A stretch of 64,000 nucleotides of DNA from Candidatus Latescibacterota bacterium (lineage in GTDB: Bacteria; Latescibacterota; UBA2968). The translations under genes and the position numbers were made by a program. Every line of letters starts with the position of its first letter. Positions within the stretch are counted from its first letter, which is position 1. The stretch covers positions 3,104,001 through 3,168,000 of the forward strand of contig OZ242195.1 of assembly GCA_965205975.1 (NCBI GenBank). Direction: 5' to 3'. Positions 9,826 through 19,556 of this stretch are shown one piece after another. The notes below the pieces were generated by a model. It was not told where the DNA came from. It did not search any database and worked only from the letters and a program-made list of their open reading frames with translations.

Positions 9826-11038
9826 AGCATTTCACATCAGGGAATTTCGGTTATACGCACTGGGCTGGTTTGTCGCATTGGTCGGCACGCAAATTCAGAG
9901 TGCAGCCATAGGATGGGAAATGTATGCCCGCACCGGGCAAGCACTCGCGCTCGGCCTGGTGGGCCTGGCAATCGCATTGCCCACAATGATCCTCGCACTC
10001 CCCGCGGGTTATCTCGCCGACCGCTTTAACCGGCGCACGGTCATGATGTTGAGCTTGACGGGCACAACATTGACCTCTCTCGGCCTTGCCGCATTATCCT
10101 GGAAACAGGGACCAATTGCCCTGATGTACGCCCTGCTCGTCGTCGATGCTGCAATAACCGTACTCGGTGCGCCAGCACGGCGGGCAATTGTACCCCAACT
10201 GGTACCGCGCGGTATATTTCCCAATGCCGTGACATGGAGCATGAGCTTGATGCAAATGGCGTGGGTAGTCGGACCCATGATCGGAGGCCTGATCGCAGCA
10301 GTTTACGTACCCGCAGCGTACCTGGCAAGTGCCGGATGTACAGGGTGGTTCTTATTGATACTATCCCGATTGCGCGTACCGCCTATAGAACGCGATAAAA
10401 ATGCAGCGCGAATTTCACCACTACAAAATCTGATGGGCGGGCTGGTGTTTCTGAAGAACAACCGCTTGCTATTGTCGCTCATGGCCCTGGACATGTTTGC
10501 CGTGCTCCTGGGCGGCGCCGTGTATTTATTACCAATTTACGCACAGGACATCTTAAATGTGGGATCCGAGGGATTTGGAATATTGCGATCAGCACCTGCG
10601 GTGGGTGCCCTGATAATGGCACTCACGCTGGCACACCTGCCCCCGATGAAAAAAGCTGGCAGAAATCTGCTCCTCACCGTAGCTGGATTTGGCATCGCAA
10701 CCATTGTATTCGGAATATCGGAAAACTTCTGGTTGTCATTTGCGATGCTCGTATTAACCGGGGCATTTGACAACGTGAGCATGGTCATTCGTCACACACT
10801 CGTACAGCTAATCACCCCCGATGCAATGCGCGGCAGGGTATCGGCTGTAAACGGGGTATTTGTGAGCGCGTCCAATGAACTGGGCGGCCTCGAATCTGGA
10901 GGCGTGGCGGAATTGTATGGGCCTGTATTCTCAGTCGTAAGCGGCGGCATCGGAACGCTATTAGTCACAGGCATAACAGCAATAGCTTCCCCGAGCTTGA
11001 GAAAAGTAGGCGCACTGGATGAAGTAGAGGAAGGATAG
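9803..11038 (+). CDS. MFS transporter (EntS/MFS_3-like)
   Basis: About 12 TM helices; AGYLADRFNRR loop motif; TPDAMRGRVSAVN. Confidence 0.9.
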   Translation: MTKHNPYEAFHIREFRLYALGWFVALVGTQIQSAAIGWEMYARTGQALALGLVGLAIALPTMILALPAGYLADRFNRRTVMMLSLTGTTLTSLGLAALSWKQGPIALMYALLVVDAAITVLGAPARRAIVPQLVPRGIFPNAVTWSMSLMQMAWVVGPMIGGLIAAVYVPAAYLASAGCTGWFLLILSRLRVPPIERDKNAARISPLQNLMGGLVFLKNNRLLLSLMALDMFAVLLGGAVYLLPIYAQDILNVGSEGFGILRSAPAVGALIMALTLAHLPPMKKAGRNLLLTVAGFGIATIVFGISENFWLSFAMLVLTGAFDNVSMVIRHTLVQLITPDAMRGRVSAVNGVFVSASNELGGLESGGVAELYGPVFSVVSGGIGTLLVTGITAIASPSLRKVGALDEVEEG

Positions 11039-11083
11039 GATAGCAGGAGGGATACTGGTCAGACCTGGACCACAACCCGTGAT

Positions 11084-12037
11084 CTAATGCCGCTTGATAA
11101 CAACATAACTGATATCGTCATCGGGTGTATTAAACGCGATGAGGTCCTCTTTAATCGCGTGGAAAATTTCTTTGGCAGTCAAATTTCTGATCTCGTGAAG
11201 TTTTTGTTCGAGATAATGCGGCGCGTAAAACTCGCCATTTCGGTGATGTTCAACCAGACCATCTGTAAAAAGAATGAGAATATCGCCCGTGCCCATTAAA
11301 TCCCATTCGTTAAGTTCGTACTCTTCCTTAAAACCGAGCACACTCTCATTGATATTGCGATCGATATCGCGTCCAGAGGGAAGCGTACCAATGGGCGGAG
11401 AGGCAATCATCCTATCTTCGGGCACATCCACAATACCTTTGTACTTGCGCGAATACACCAGCGGCATGGGATGTCCTGCCGACAAAAACTGGAAATGTCC
11501 TTCCTGAGATATCTCCCCGTAAATCATCGTAATAAATTTACTGAGACTCGACGAATTGTAAAACCGCGTATTGAGATTTTCAAACAACTTGGCCGTGATA
11601 TTGCCGTAATAATCCATTTCGTAAATCGCACCCATCAAAAAAGCCTGATGGAGCATCGCCGCGAGAAGCGCGTCCGTAATCTGGTGCCCCGAAACATCAG
11701 CCACTGCCACACCCGCCTTAAAGCGACATTCCTCCAGCTTTTTGACAACATCATCCTGACCGCGGCCACGAGCTTTTTCTATACGAGCATCGAGATCATA
11801 GCGCTTCTTAAAATCGACATAGACAATATGATCGCCACCCACAATACCGTTGAGCGGAATGGTCTCGCCGTAAATATCAATACCATCGAGCACGGGTATT
11901 TCCCCTGGCAATGGTTTGACGTAGCCTGCGATATCCTGGAAATTATTCAACTCCCCCATAAGCATCTTCATGGAGTCATTCACTTGCTGGATACCCGTTT
12001 CGTCTATTTCATCAAAAGCCATAGAATTTTTAGACAC
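11084..12037 (-). CDS. PP2C/SpoIIE (RsbU-like) Ser/Thr phosphatase
   Basis: VGGD, ADVSGH, SAGHP, FTDGL and DDIS motifs. Confidence 0.9.
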   Translation of the reverse strand: MSKNSMAFDEIDETGIQQVNDSMKMLMGELNNFQDIAGYVKPLPGEIPVLDGIDIYGETIPLNGIVGGDHIVYVDFKKRYDLDARIEKARGRGQDDVVKKLEECRFKAGVAVADVSGHQITDALLAAMLHQAFLMGAIYEMDYYGNITAKLFENLNTRFYNSSSLSKFITMIYGEISQEGHFQFLSAGHPMPLVYSRKYKGIVDVPEDRMIASPPIGTLPSGRDIDRNINESVLGFKEEYELNEWDLMGTGDILILFTDGLVEHHRNGEFYAPHYLEQKLHEIRNLTAKEIFHAIKEDLIAFNTPDDDISYVVIKRH

Positions 12038-12360
12038 GGTTTATTACCTGTATGAAGTTGGGACATTCGATTCAAAAGTAACCATTTGTCGATCTCAAAT
12101 CAAGTCAGGCAATTCTCATTCGAGCGAAACGGGTTCGCCAATACGGTCGTACTTTATCAAAATGAATTGTAGCCACAATTCCTCCCTTGAGATCATCAAA
12201 CCAATCTGCTTTCCACCGAATATATTTTAAAGCGCCACCTCATGCAACAACGCGATAAACTTGACAGCTTGACGGAGTATGGTTTTGTTTTATATTATCG
12301 CCACGCAGTTGGATTTTGAAGTCTCTATCTCCTCCACAATCCAATAGAAAGGATTACACT

Positions 12361-12993
12361 ATGTCATTGCAATTAGGCGATGTTGCCCCCGACTTTACGG
12401 CAGAAACCACGGAAGGCACCGTCAATTTTCACGAATGGTTGGGCGATGGCTGGGGCATTCTATTTTCCCATCCCGCCGACTTTACCCCGGTATGCACCAC
12501 CGAATTGGGCGCCATGGCAAATATCAAAGACGAATTTGACAAGCGCGGCGTCAAAGTTTTAGCGATCAGCGTTGATCCCCTCGAATCCCATGAAGGCTGG
12601 ATCAGCGACATCAACGAAACGCAAAATGCAACCGTGAATTATCCCATGATCGCCGACCCCGACCGCCAGGTAGCTGACCTCTACGAGATGATCCATCCCA
12701 ATGCAGATAATACCCTGACCGTGCGCTCGGTATTTGTAATTGGTCCCGACAAAACAATCAAACTGATGCTCACCTACCCGGCATCTACGGGCCGGAACTT
12801 CGACGAAATACTGCGCGTAGTCGATTCCCTGCAGTTGACAGCCAAACACAGTTTGGCCACGCCAGTGAACTGGCGCCCCGGCGAAGACGTGATCATCTCA
12901 CCCACGGTTACAGACGAAGAAGCCGACGAGCGCTTCCCCGGATATACCGCTGTGAAACCCTATTTGCGCGTCATACAGCAACCCGCTGAGTAA
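12361..12993 (+). CDS. 1-Cys peroxiredoxin (Prx6)
   Basis: FSHPADFTPVCTTE active site and YPASTGRNFDEILR; ATG 12361 follows AAAGGA. Confidence 0.95.
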   Translation: MSLQLGDVAPDFTAETTEGTVNFHEWLGDGWGILFSHPADFTPVCTTELGAMANIKDEFDKRGVKVLAISVDPLESHEGWISDINETQNATVNYPMIADPDRQVADLYEMIHPNADNTLTVRSVFVIGPDKTIKLMLTYPASTGRNFDEILRVVDSLQLTAKHSLATPVNWRPGEDVIISPTVTDEEADERFPGYTAVKPYLRVIQQPAE

Positions 12994-13016
12994 ACGACCA
13001 TTCATCGGTAAAAAGC

Positions 13017-13050
13017 AAAAGGTCTGTGACAAATGTCACAGACCTTTTTT
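13017..13050. terminator. Bidirectional intrinsic terminator
   Basis: AAAAGGTCTGTGAC-AAAT-GTCACAGACCTTTTTT between convergent genes. Confidence 0.85.
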
Positions 13051-13406
13051 TATTCAGAACAAATCAAATCGGGCAATGGCTCAAGTTGAGCAATTTCCTC
13101 CGCTTTTTCGGTTTGCATCGCATGCCACAAATCCCAATCTGATTGCAGGTCAAGCCAGAAATCTGCGGACATACCAAGCACTTGTGCCAGACGCAATGCG
13201 ATATCTGGCGTGACACATCGCTTGCCGTTTATAACTTTATTCAAACGCGGGAATGAGACGCCTAATCTTACAGCAAAATCCGATTGACTGATTCCCAGGG
13301 GCTTGAGAAATTCTTCCAATAACATTTCGCCCGGGTGCGTTGGCGGTCGGTTGGTTGGAAGCCGTCGCTCTGTCAATTTAGTGATAGTCTGTAATTTCGA
13401 TTTCAC
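13050..13406 (-). CDS. higA: HigA-family antitoxin
   Basis: PPTHPGEMLLEEFLKPLGISQ...ALRLAQVLGMSADFWLDLQ; GTG start overlaps the stop of the PIN gene. Confidence 0.92.
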   Translation of the reverse strand: MKSKLQTITKLTERRLPTNRPPTHPGEMLLEEFLKPLGISQSDFAVRLGVSFPRLNKVINGKRCVTPDIALRLAQVLGMSADFWLDLQSDWDLWHAMQTEKAEEIAQLEPLPDLICSE

Positions 13407-13834
13407 AATAATTCGACCTCTTGCTCGCTACATATACCCCCGAAATCACGCAGATTAAATGTGAGCATCGCATCTATGCGAACGTTCTTGTCTTCAAGGA
13501 TTGCACGGATCACGAAATCTACGAGACTCATGGCATTGTGGGGCGGAGTGGCCTGTGCGAAGGTATTCTCGTAAGCATCCAGACGATACGGGGCATCGTC
13601 AAGCAAGACGGTATCAGGTACGCGAATCAGGCTTTCAAAACGCGCAACCGTTTCTGGTCTTCGGACAAATCGCGTATTAATGGTTTCGTACAGGATTGGC
13701 CAAGGTATGACAATAGAGAGGATTTCCAGCCAATCTTGTTTTTCACAGGCATCGGCGTGATAACGGTCTCTCGGATTGAAAAGCGCGAAGAAGAAGCCCG
13801 AGTCCACCAAAAGCGTTTTAGAATCCACGATCAT
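13403..13834 (-). CDS. PIN-domain (VapC-like) ribonuclease
   Basis: LLVDSGFFFAL..RDRYH, ILYET, SLVD and LTFN..DF acidic pattern; start placed at ATG 13834. Confidence 0.8.
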   Translation of the reverse strand: MIVDSKTLLVDSGFFFALFNPRDRYHADACEKQDWLEILSIVIPWPILYETINTRFVRRPETVARFESLIRVPDTVLLDDAPYRLDAYENTFAQATPPHNAMSLVDFVIRAILEDKNVRIDAMLTFNLRDFGGICSEQEVELL

Positions 13835-14138
13835 CAACGTACTCCGCGCATGTGCCGTAACCCGACCAGGGCGCGCTTTTGCGTCTGCCAATGATGAAAC
13901 GTCCTCTTGTCTCTCCTTCTTGCATACAAACGATATATATCCGCGAGCGTTTATTCAGCAAGACCGCCTCCTCTATCTCGGTCTTGAGGGATTCAAATAA
14001 GTCTCCATCATAGCAGAACGAAAAACACGCGACGCTATTACCGCACTCTTTTGCATCGTGATCGTCGAGCCAGGTGTACAGCCCTTCGTAATCACCTGTC
14101 ACACCGAGATCGTAAGATATCCAAATAAAACTTTGCAT
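13818..14138 (-). CDS. Small protein with a Cas2/VapD-like N-terminus
   Basis: MQSFIWISYDLG..GDYEGLY resembles the hhhSYD beta-strand of Cas2/VapD ferredoxin-like nucleases; has an RBS and overlaps the PIN start. Confidence 0.55.
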   Translation of the reverse strand: MQSFIWISYDLGVTGDYEGLYTWLDDHDAKECGNSVACFSFCYDGDLFESLKTEIEEAVLLNKRSRIYIVCMQEGETRGRFIIGRRKSAPWSGYGTCAEYVDDRGF

Positions 14139-14279
14139 ATCCTTATCCTTTCACTGGATTTCGCAAAATACCGTGACCGTATTAAAAATATTCTCAATAC
14201 CGCGATTTCGGAACGAATTTATCATACCATATATTATTATAATTGTCAATTATCGACATCGATTTTTGTTTCTATCAAT

Positions 14280-16727
14280 CTACTCATGCCGCAGGGCTTC
14301 CACCGGATTGGACACAGCCGCGCGAAGGGCGTGAAAACTCACAGTAAACAACGCGATCGCCAATGCAACCGCGCCACTCAACATAAATATCCACCACGAA
14401 AGATCCGTGCGATATTCAAAGCCGTCCAGCCAACTTCGCATGGCAAAATACGCAACCGGCCATGCAAACAGATTCGCAATCAAAACCATAATTGCAAATG
14501 TCCTGGAAATTAGCATCACAATATTTGACACACTCGCACCCAAAACCTTTCGCACCCCGATCTCTTTCACCCGCTGCTCAACCGTAAATGCCGCGAGACC
14601 AAACAGCCCCATACACGCGAGCAAAATCGCCATACCCGAAGAGAGCAACGTCAGCTCCTGCACCCGTTGTTCTGCATAGTACATGAATTCAAACTGCTGA
14701 TCCCACATCATATAGTCAAACGGCTGATCTGCAGAAGCGAACTGCTTCCATGTCTTTTCAAAAAAAGCGAGCGTCTCTTCCATGCCCTCGGCTTTGACGC
14801 GCGCGCCCAGATTGTAAAATTGCTGGTGCCGAAGCGTCAGTGCAACAGGACCGATTTTTTCGTGCAACGGACTATAGTGAAAGTCCTGCACAACGCCAAT
14901 CACCGTTCCCTTCCGATTTCTCACCCGATCAACCCACTCAAAAGACTTGCCAACAGGATCGTCCCAACCGAGTCGAGCCACCGCCGTTTGATTAATAATA
15001 AAAGCTTTGGACGTATCTGTGGGAAATGCAATCGGATCAAATTTGCGTCCCTCTACCAGTTCGATTTGAAACACATCGAGATAATCTTCATCGACCTCCA
15101 GAAGGGGCATGCGCCAGTCCGTGCCCTCGTGTCCCTCTGCCCGAATGGTTCGGGTAATACCCCCGCCCCATCCAATCCACCAGCGATACGCCGTTACCTC
15201 AAGCACATTCGGATGGGCGCGAAAAGCCTCTTTCACCGTGGTATAACGGGCGGCGAGCTTTTGCCCCGGGTCTGATTTTGTTTCTTGATCAAGCACAAAG
15301 ATGGGCATAAGCACCATCTGCTCCACATTAAAACCCAGGTTCTTGTTTCTCATATAATCAAGTTGCCGATAGATCACCCCCGTACTCGCGATCAGAATAA
15401 TTGAAATCGCAAATTGCACTACCACCAGCCCCTTCCGAATCCACTGCCCCCGAGAACCCGCGCGAAACGCCCCCTTTAGCGTCTCTGTAGGTTGATATGC
15501 AGAAAGAAAAAATGCGGGATAAACGCCAGCCAACAGCCCGACGAATACGGCAATACCAATCAAAGAAATTACAAGCAACGGATCGCTCAACAAATTCAAC
15601 TCAATCTGCTTGAAGAAAAAGGCATTGAACTCGGGAAGCACGAGTTTGACGGCAACAAGCGCGAGAATAAGCGCGACCATTGCCGTGAGAACAGACTCGC
15701 CCAAAAACTGACCCATCAGTTGTGAGCGATACGCTCCCGACACCTTTCGCAAACCCACCTCGTGCGCCCTGCGAGCCGATTGCGCTGTCGTCAAATTCGT
15801 GAAATTAATACATCCAATCGCAAGCACCAGAACCGCAATAGCACCAAATTGATAAACGCGTTCAATATCGCCGTACCAATCCAGACCGTAATCCTGCCTC
15901 GAATAGAGATAAATGCGATTGAGAGGCTGGAGATGATACGCATTTGTGCGTGCGATCTCTGCCCCCATATAGCGATCAATCAATTCGGGAAATTTCGCGG
16001 ACAGCGCCTTTGGATCCGCCCCTTCTCGCAGCAGAAAATACGTATTGACCGGACGCCAACCATCGGTTGGGATCCAATCTTCCCAGACAATTTTCGCACC
16101 TGGGGACGTGAATCCGCCTGTTGAAAAATAATCGATTTCACCGAAGCCAAGTGTAGAATTGAGAGGCACATCTTTTAATATTGCCGTGATGGTGCGCTCG
16201 CCTCCGTGGTGATTGCTCTCAGCGGTGATGGTCTTGCCAATCGGATCTTCGTCTCCAAACAACCGCTTTGCCGCCGATTCTGTTATGGCAATCGCATTGG
16301 GATTGGGAAATGCAGTTTCGAGATTGCCGCGCACAAATGGGAAATCGAAAATTTCAAACATCTCGGGATCGGCAACACAGAGACCCAGCTCAAACTTTTT
16401 TTCGTCCAAACGCACATCTACGGACGACCACGTTATCACGCGCACGGCTTTCTCCACTTCGGGAAAATCCCGCGCAAGTGTCCGTGCCAGCGCGCCCGAC
16501 GTCTCTGGCAAATAATCCGATTGCCCCCCAGATCGGGTCTCTCGGACCACGCGATAGATCCGATCTCCTTTTGCATGCCAACGGTCAAAACTCAACTCGT
16601 CCTGAATATAGAGCACGATCAAAATGCACGTCCCCAGACCAATGGCAAGCCCCAAAATATTAATCGCACTAAAGGTCTTTTGCCGATTGAGATTTCTCAG
16701 TGCGATAACCAGATAATTTCTAAACAC
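14280..16727 (-). CDS. ABC transporter permease, MacB/FtsX family
   Basis: MFRNYLVIALRNL, GCINFTNL, EQRVKEIGVRKVLGAS, NPVEALRHE. Confidence 0.93.
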   Translation of the reverse strand: MFRNYLVIALRNLNRQKTFSAINILGLAIGLGTCILIVLYIQDELSFDRWHAKGDRIYRVVRETRSGGQSDYLPETSGALARTLARDFPEVEKAVRVITWSSVDVRLDEKKFELGLCVADPEMFEIFDFPFVRGNLETAFPNPNAIAITESAAKRLFGDEDPIGKTITAESNHHGGERTITAILKDVPLNSTLGFGEIDYFSTGGFTSPGAKIVWEDWIPTDGWRPVNTYFLLREGADPKALSAKFPELIDRYMGAEIARTNAYHLQPLNRIYLYSRQDYGLDWYGDIERVYQFGAIAVLVLAIGCINFTNLTTAQSARRAHEVGLRKVSGAYRSQLMGQFLGESVLTAMVALILALVAVKLVLPEFNAFFFKQIELNLLSDPLLVISLIGIAVFVGLLAGVYPAFFLSAYQPTETLKGAFRAGSRGQWIRKGLVVVQFAISIILIASTGVIYRQLDYMRNKNLGFNVEQMVLMPIFVLDQETKSDPGQKLAARYTTVKEAFRAHPNVLEVTAYRWWIGWGGGITRTIRAEGHEGTDWRMPLLEVDEDYLDVFQIELVEGRKFDPIAFPTDTSKAFIINQTAVARLGWDDPVGKSFEWVDRVRNRKGTVIGVVQDFHYSPLHEKIGPVALTLRHQQFYNLGARVKAEGMEETLAFFEKTWKQFASADQPFDYMMWDQQFEFMYYAEQRVQELTLLSSGMAILLACMGLFGLAAFTVEQRVKEIGVRKVLGASVSNIVMLISRTFAIMVLIANLFAWPVAYFAMRSWLDGFEYRTDLSWWIFMLSGAVALAIALFTVSFHALRAAVSNPVEALRHE

Positions 16728-16936
16728 AACAACCCGCCTCCGAAATAAAAAGTAAAATCATCACGTACGAGTGTAGCTACGATCTTTAGAACCGTCAAGG
16801 TTTAGAATATAATTTCCAATGAAAAACCATCACCCATTGGACACACCTTGATCGCAGATGGTTTCTCTTTTCACACAGATACATTATATTGACCGAGTTA
16901 TATCCCCATTTCCCCAACATCTCTACCTGATCCACT

Positions 16937-17782
16937 ATGAAGGCCTTTACTCGCACAACCCTCTATCTCCTCATTCTCTCTACCTCCTTGCCCGGATGCA
17001 AGGACAAACCCACTGCCCCGCCGGAAGAACCAGAGCCGCCACCGCACGTTGTATCGCAGACACAAACAGGCATCCAGATCACAACCCATGTGGGCACGAC
17101 GCACACCCTCATTTTAATACCCGAAGGACCGTTCGAAATGGGCGCCAACAACGGCATCCGCAACGAAGGTCCAGAACACATCGTCCACCTCAAAGCCTAT
17201 TACATAGACCACACAGAAGTTAGCAATGCCCAATGGAATCCCTACGCCATTGCCGAGCGTCAACTGCCCAACTTTGACCCGCCTGAACATCCCGTTGTCA
17301 ATATCAACTGGTTTCAAGCTGGCGAATACTGCGCATGGCTCGGCGGACGCCTGCCCACCGAAGCCGAATGGGAAAAAGCAGCGCGCGGAACCGACAGGCG
17401 CATCTATCCCTGGGGCGCTGCCCCGGACCCCAACCGCGCCAACTACCTCAACAGCGGCGACCCCTTTGACAACGGCACAGCACCTGTTGCATATTATCGT
17501 GAAGGCAATAACGATGGGCGCAGCCCTTATGGCGTATTGGACATGGCTGGCAATGTTTGGGAATGGACACAAGACGAATACGACAGCGCGTTCTATCAGC
17601 GCAGCCCACGCGATAACCCCGTCAATTACGAACTCAGAACCCATTTCTTGCACCTCGAACGCGTCGTGCGAGGTGGATCCTGGTTCAGCACTGCCTTTCT
17701 GATACGCACAACAGCGCGCGACGCTCGAACATCCAATCTCCAGACCAATACTCTTGGATTCAGGTGTGTGGTGGATCGGTAA
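16937..17782 (+). CDS. Formylglycine-generating enzyme (SUMF1) family lipoprotein
   Basis: Lipobox-like LPGC; RLPTEAEWEKAARG, DMAGNVWEW, RGGSW and GFRC motifs. Confidence 0.9.
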   Translation: MKAFTRTTLYLLILSTSLPGCKDKPTAPPEEPEPPPHVVSQTQTGIQITTHVGTTHTLILIPEGPFEMGANNGIRNEGPEHIVHLKAYYIDHTEVSNAQWNPYAIAERQLPNFDPPEHPVVNINWFQAGEYCAWLGGRLPTEAEWEKAARGTDRRIYPWGAAPDPNRANYLNSGDPFDNGTAPVAYYREGNNDGRSPYGVLDMAGNVWEWTQDEYDSAFYQRSPRDNPVNYELRTHFLHLERVVRGGSWFSTAFLIRTTARDARTSNLQTNTLGFRCVVDR

Positions 17783-17849
17783 TTTTAAGTGGGAATAATA
17801 TTGTGTTGCTTGTCGAAAGTGTTGGTGATAATTCCATCTTTTTTATCTT

Positions 17850-18141
17850 TGTTCTGCCTTCGGCGACTTACTTTTTTTCAGCAGCCACAAAAAGTAGGCG
17901 AGCGGGGTACAACTGACCGTTTCTCAGGTCAGTTCAAAAATGCCGCTCTCAATCGCCGAAGGGCTTGCACAGCGCAAACCGCTTGTGTGCAAATACAAAA
18001 GAAGGTGGCCTACTGTATTGGATGAACAATAGATGTTTGGTGCGAGACGGACTCGCGCGCTGTGCGTGACAGCTTTGATTGATAGCGTTTTCCGAGGGTG
18101 CGTTTTGTGATGGCTTATCTGAAGTACTGCGTAACATCAGT
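17850..18141. repeat. Structured intergenic repeat element with an inserted 36-bp hairpin
   Basis: GCCTTCGGCGA / TCGCCGAAGGGC and TACTTTTT / AAAAAGTA arms. 17900-17936 matches 36084-36120, and both regions end in CGTAACATCAGT (18130-18141, 36186-36197). Confidence 0.6.
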
Positions 18142-18239
18142 TATAAATACACAAGGACACGCATTCATATATCGAGTGCATGTCCTTTTTAACAAAAATC
18201 AAAGACCGAGGATTTCGAAAAGCCTTTTCAGTTCACTTT

Positions 18240-19436
18240 TTAACCAATCTTTGGAATACCACCGAGCACCCCCGCCCGGTATTTGGGATAGAGACGCGTA
18301 TCGCGCCGGAGACCCTGCACATCTTGTGCGCCATGCACACGGGTTGCGCCACTGTTGTCCTTCTCTACAATAAAAATCTCCTCCTTTTCCAGATTATCGA
18401 GCAGACCGACATTGTGAGAGGAGACAAAAAGCTGTGCACCTGAAGGATTGACCTCTTGAGAGCGGAACCAGCTAAGAATTTCTCCGGCGATATCCACATG
18501 GAGATCGCCATCTATCTCGTCGAGGACCAGAGGAACGCCGCTACGGAGCGCGCCACCGATCCGAGGCAACAGATGAAGCAGGCGTTTCGTTCCACTGGAT
18601 TCCAAGTGTAGGGGGATTGACATATCAAGCCCGTGATGGTCGAAAAACACTTCCTTTTTTTCAGATTGGTCAGAAATAGTTATATCCTGAATTCCCAAAT
18701 CACTGGATCGGATATGGTTTCTAATCCAGGATTCCATATCGGGGTCGCTCTCGAATGTATCCATCACACTTTGGGTCGAAGGTGCCCATCTCTCACGAAG
18801 CACGATATTGGATGACCAAAAAAAATCTTCCATCCATTTTGTAATACGCATCGCCAAGGGCACATTGAGCAGGGCGAGCGTGGTGATCACCGATGTGTCT
18901 GCCCGAACCGCCTGGAGGCGATCATCCCCGGACTTAAGACCAAATTCTTTAGAAACGTATATAGATTTTCCCGGGACACCGCGCTCGAAAAGGCGCCGGG
19001 GGCGGCCCTTTGGAAAGTGGAACAAGGCTTCGTAAGAGAAGAAAGGATCATTACCACTGCATGCCACCTCTAACTCGTACCGGAACAACTGATGGACCTC
19101 GCCCAGCCAATCTGCTTCGAATTCCAGGCAAAATCGCGTCGGCTCATTTCTGGTTTCCTTGGAAAAAAAGGAAAAAAAGGTCTTGATCGGGCGGGTCCTC
19201 TCAGTGGGTGATGGGAATAAGGTGGCCAAGGCAGTAGCGATCAGCGCACTGAGCAATGTTGACTTACCCGATCCATTGGGGCCTATGAGCACGACCACAG
19301 AAGGAAGCCGGATATCCGGCTTTGCTGTGCTCCTTCGGAACCGCGGCAGGTCGGGGGCAGTGCCCGGAATACGCAGGTCAAGAACGACTTCTTCGCGGAC
19401 CGAATGGAAATTAGATATAGAAAATTTATGAATCAT
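18240..19436 (-). CDS. AAA_21 ATPase (RloA/AbiEii-like), no RloB partner downstream
   Basis: Walker A GPNGSGKS, ESSGTKR, LVLDEID..LH, QLFVSSHN, and C-terminal YRAGVLGGIP. Confidence 0.85.
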   Translation of the reverse strand: MIHKFSISNFHSVREEVVLDLRIPGTAPDLPRFRRSTAKPDIRLPSVVVLIGPNGSGKSTLLSALIATALATLFPSPTERTRPIKTFFSFFSKETRNEPTRFCLEFEADWLGEVHQLFRYELEVACSGNDPFFSYEALFHFPKGRPRRLFERGVPGKSIYVSKEFGLKSGDDRLQAVRADTSVITTLALLNVPLAMRITKWMEDFFWSSNIVLRERWAPSTQSVMDTFESDPDMESWIRNHIRSSDLGIQDITISDQSEKKEVFFDHHGLDMSIPLHLESSGTKRLLHLLPRIGGALRSGVPLVLDEIDGDLHVDIAGEILSWFRSQEVNPSGAQLFVSSHNVGLLDNLEKEEIFIVEKDNSGATRVHGAQDVQGLRRDTRLYPKYRAGVLGGIPKIG

Positions 19437-19556
19437 ATCGCAATAATAACAATTTTTTGTCGAGATAGCAATGTAATAGTCAAAAAATAACGGAACAACC
19501 AGTGCCCCGATCTTGTGGACTGATTGCCCCGTTCTGTGTAAAATGCCTTTGTATTC

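Noticed and set aside
13818..14138. True cas2 of a CRISPR-Cas locus
   Set aside because: Only an N-terminal motif resemblance; no cas1 or array adjacent.
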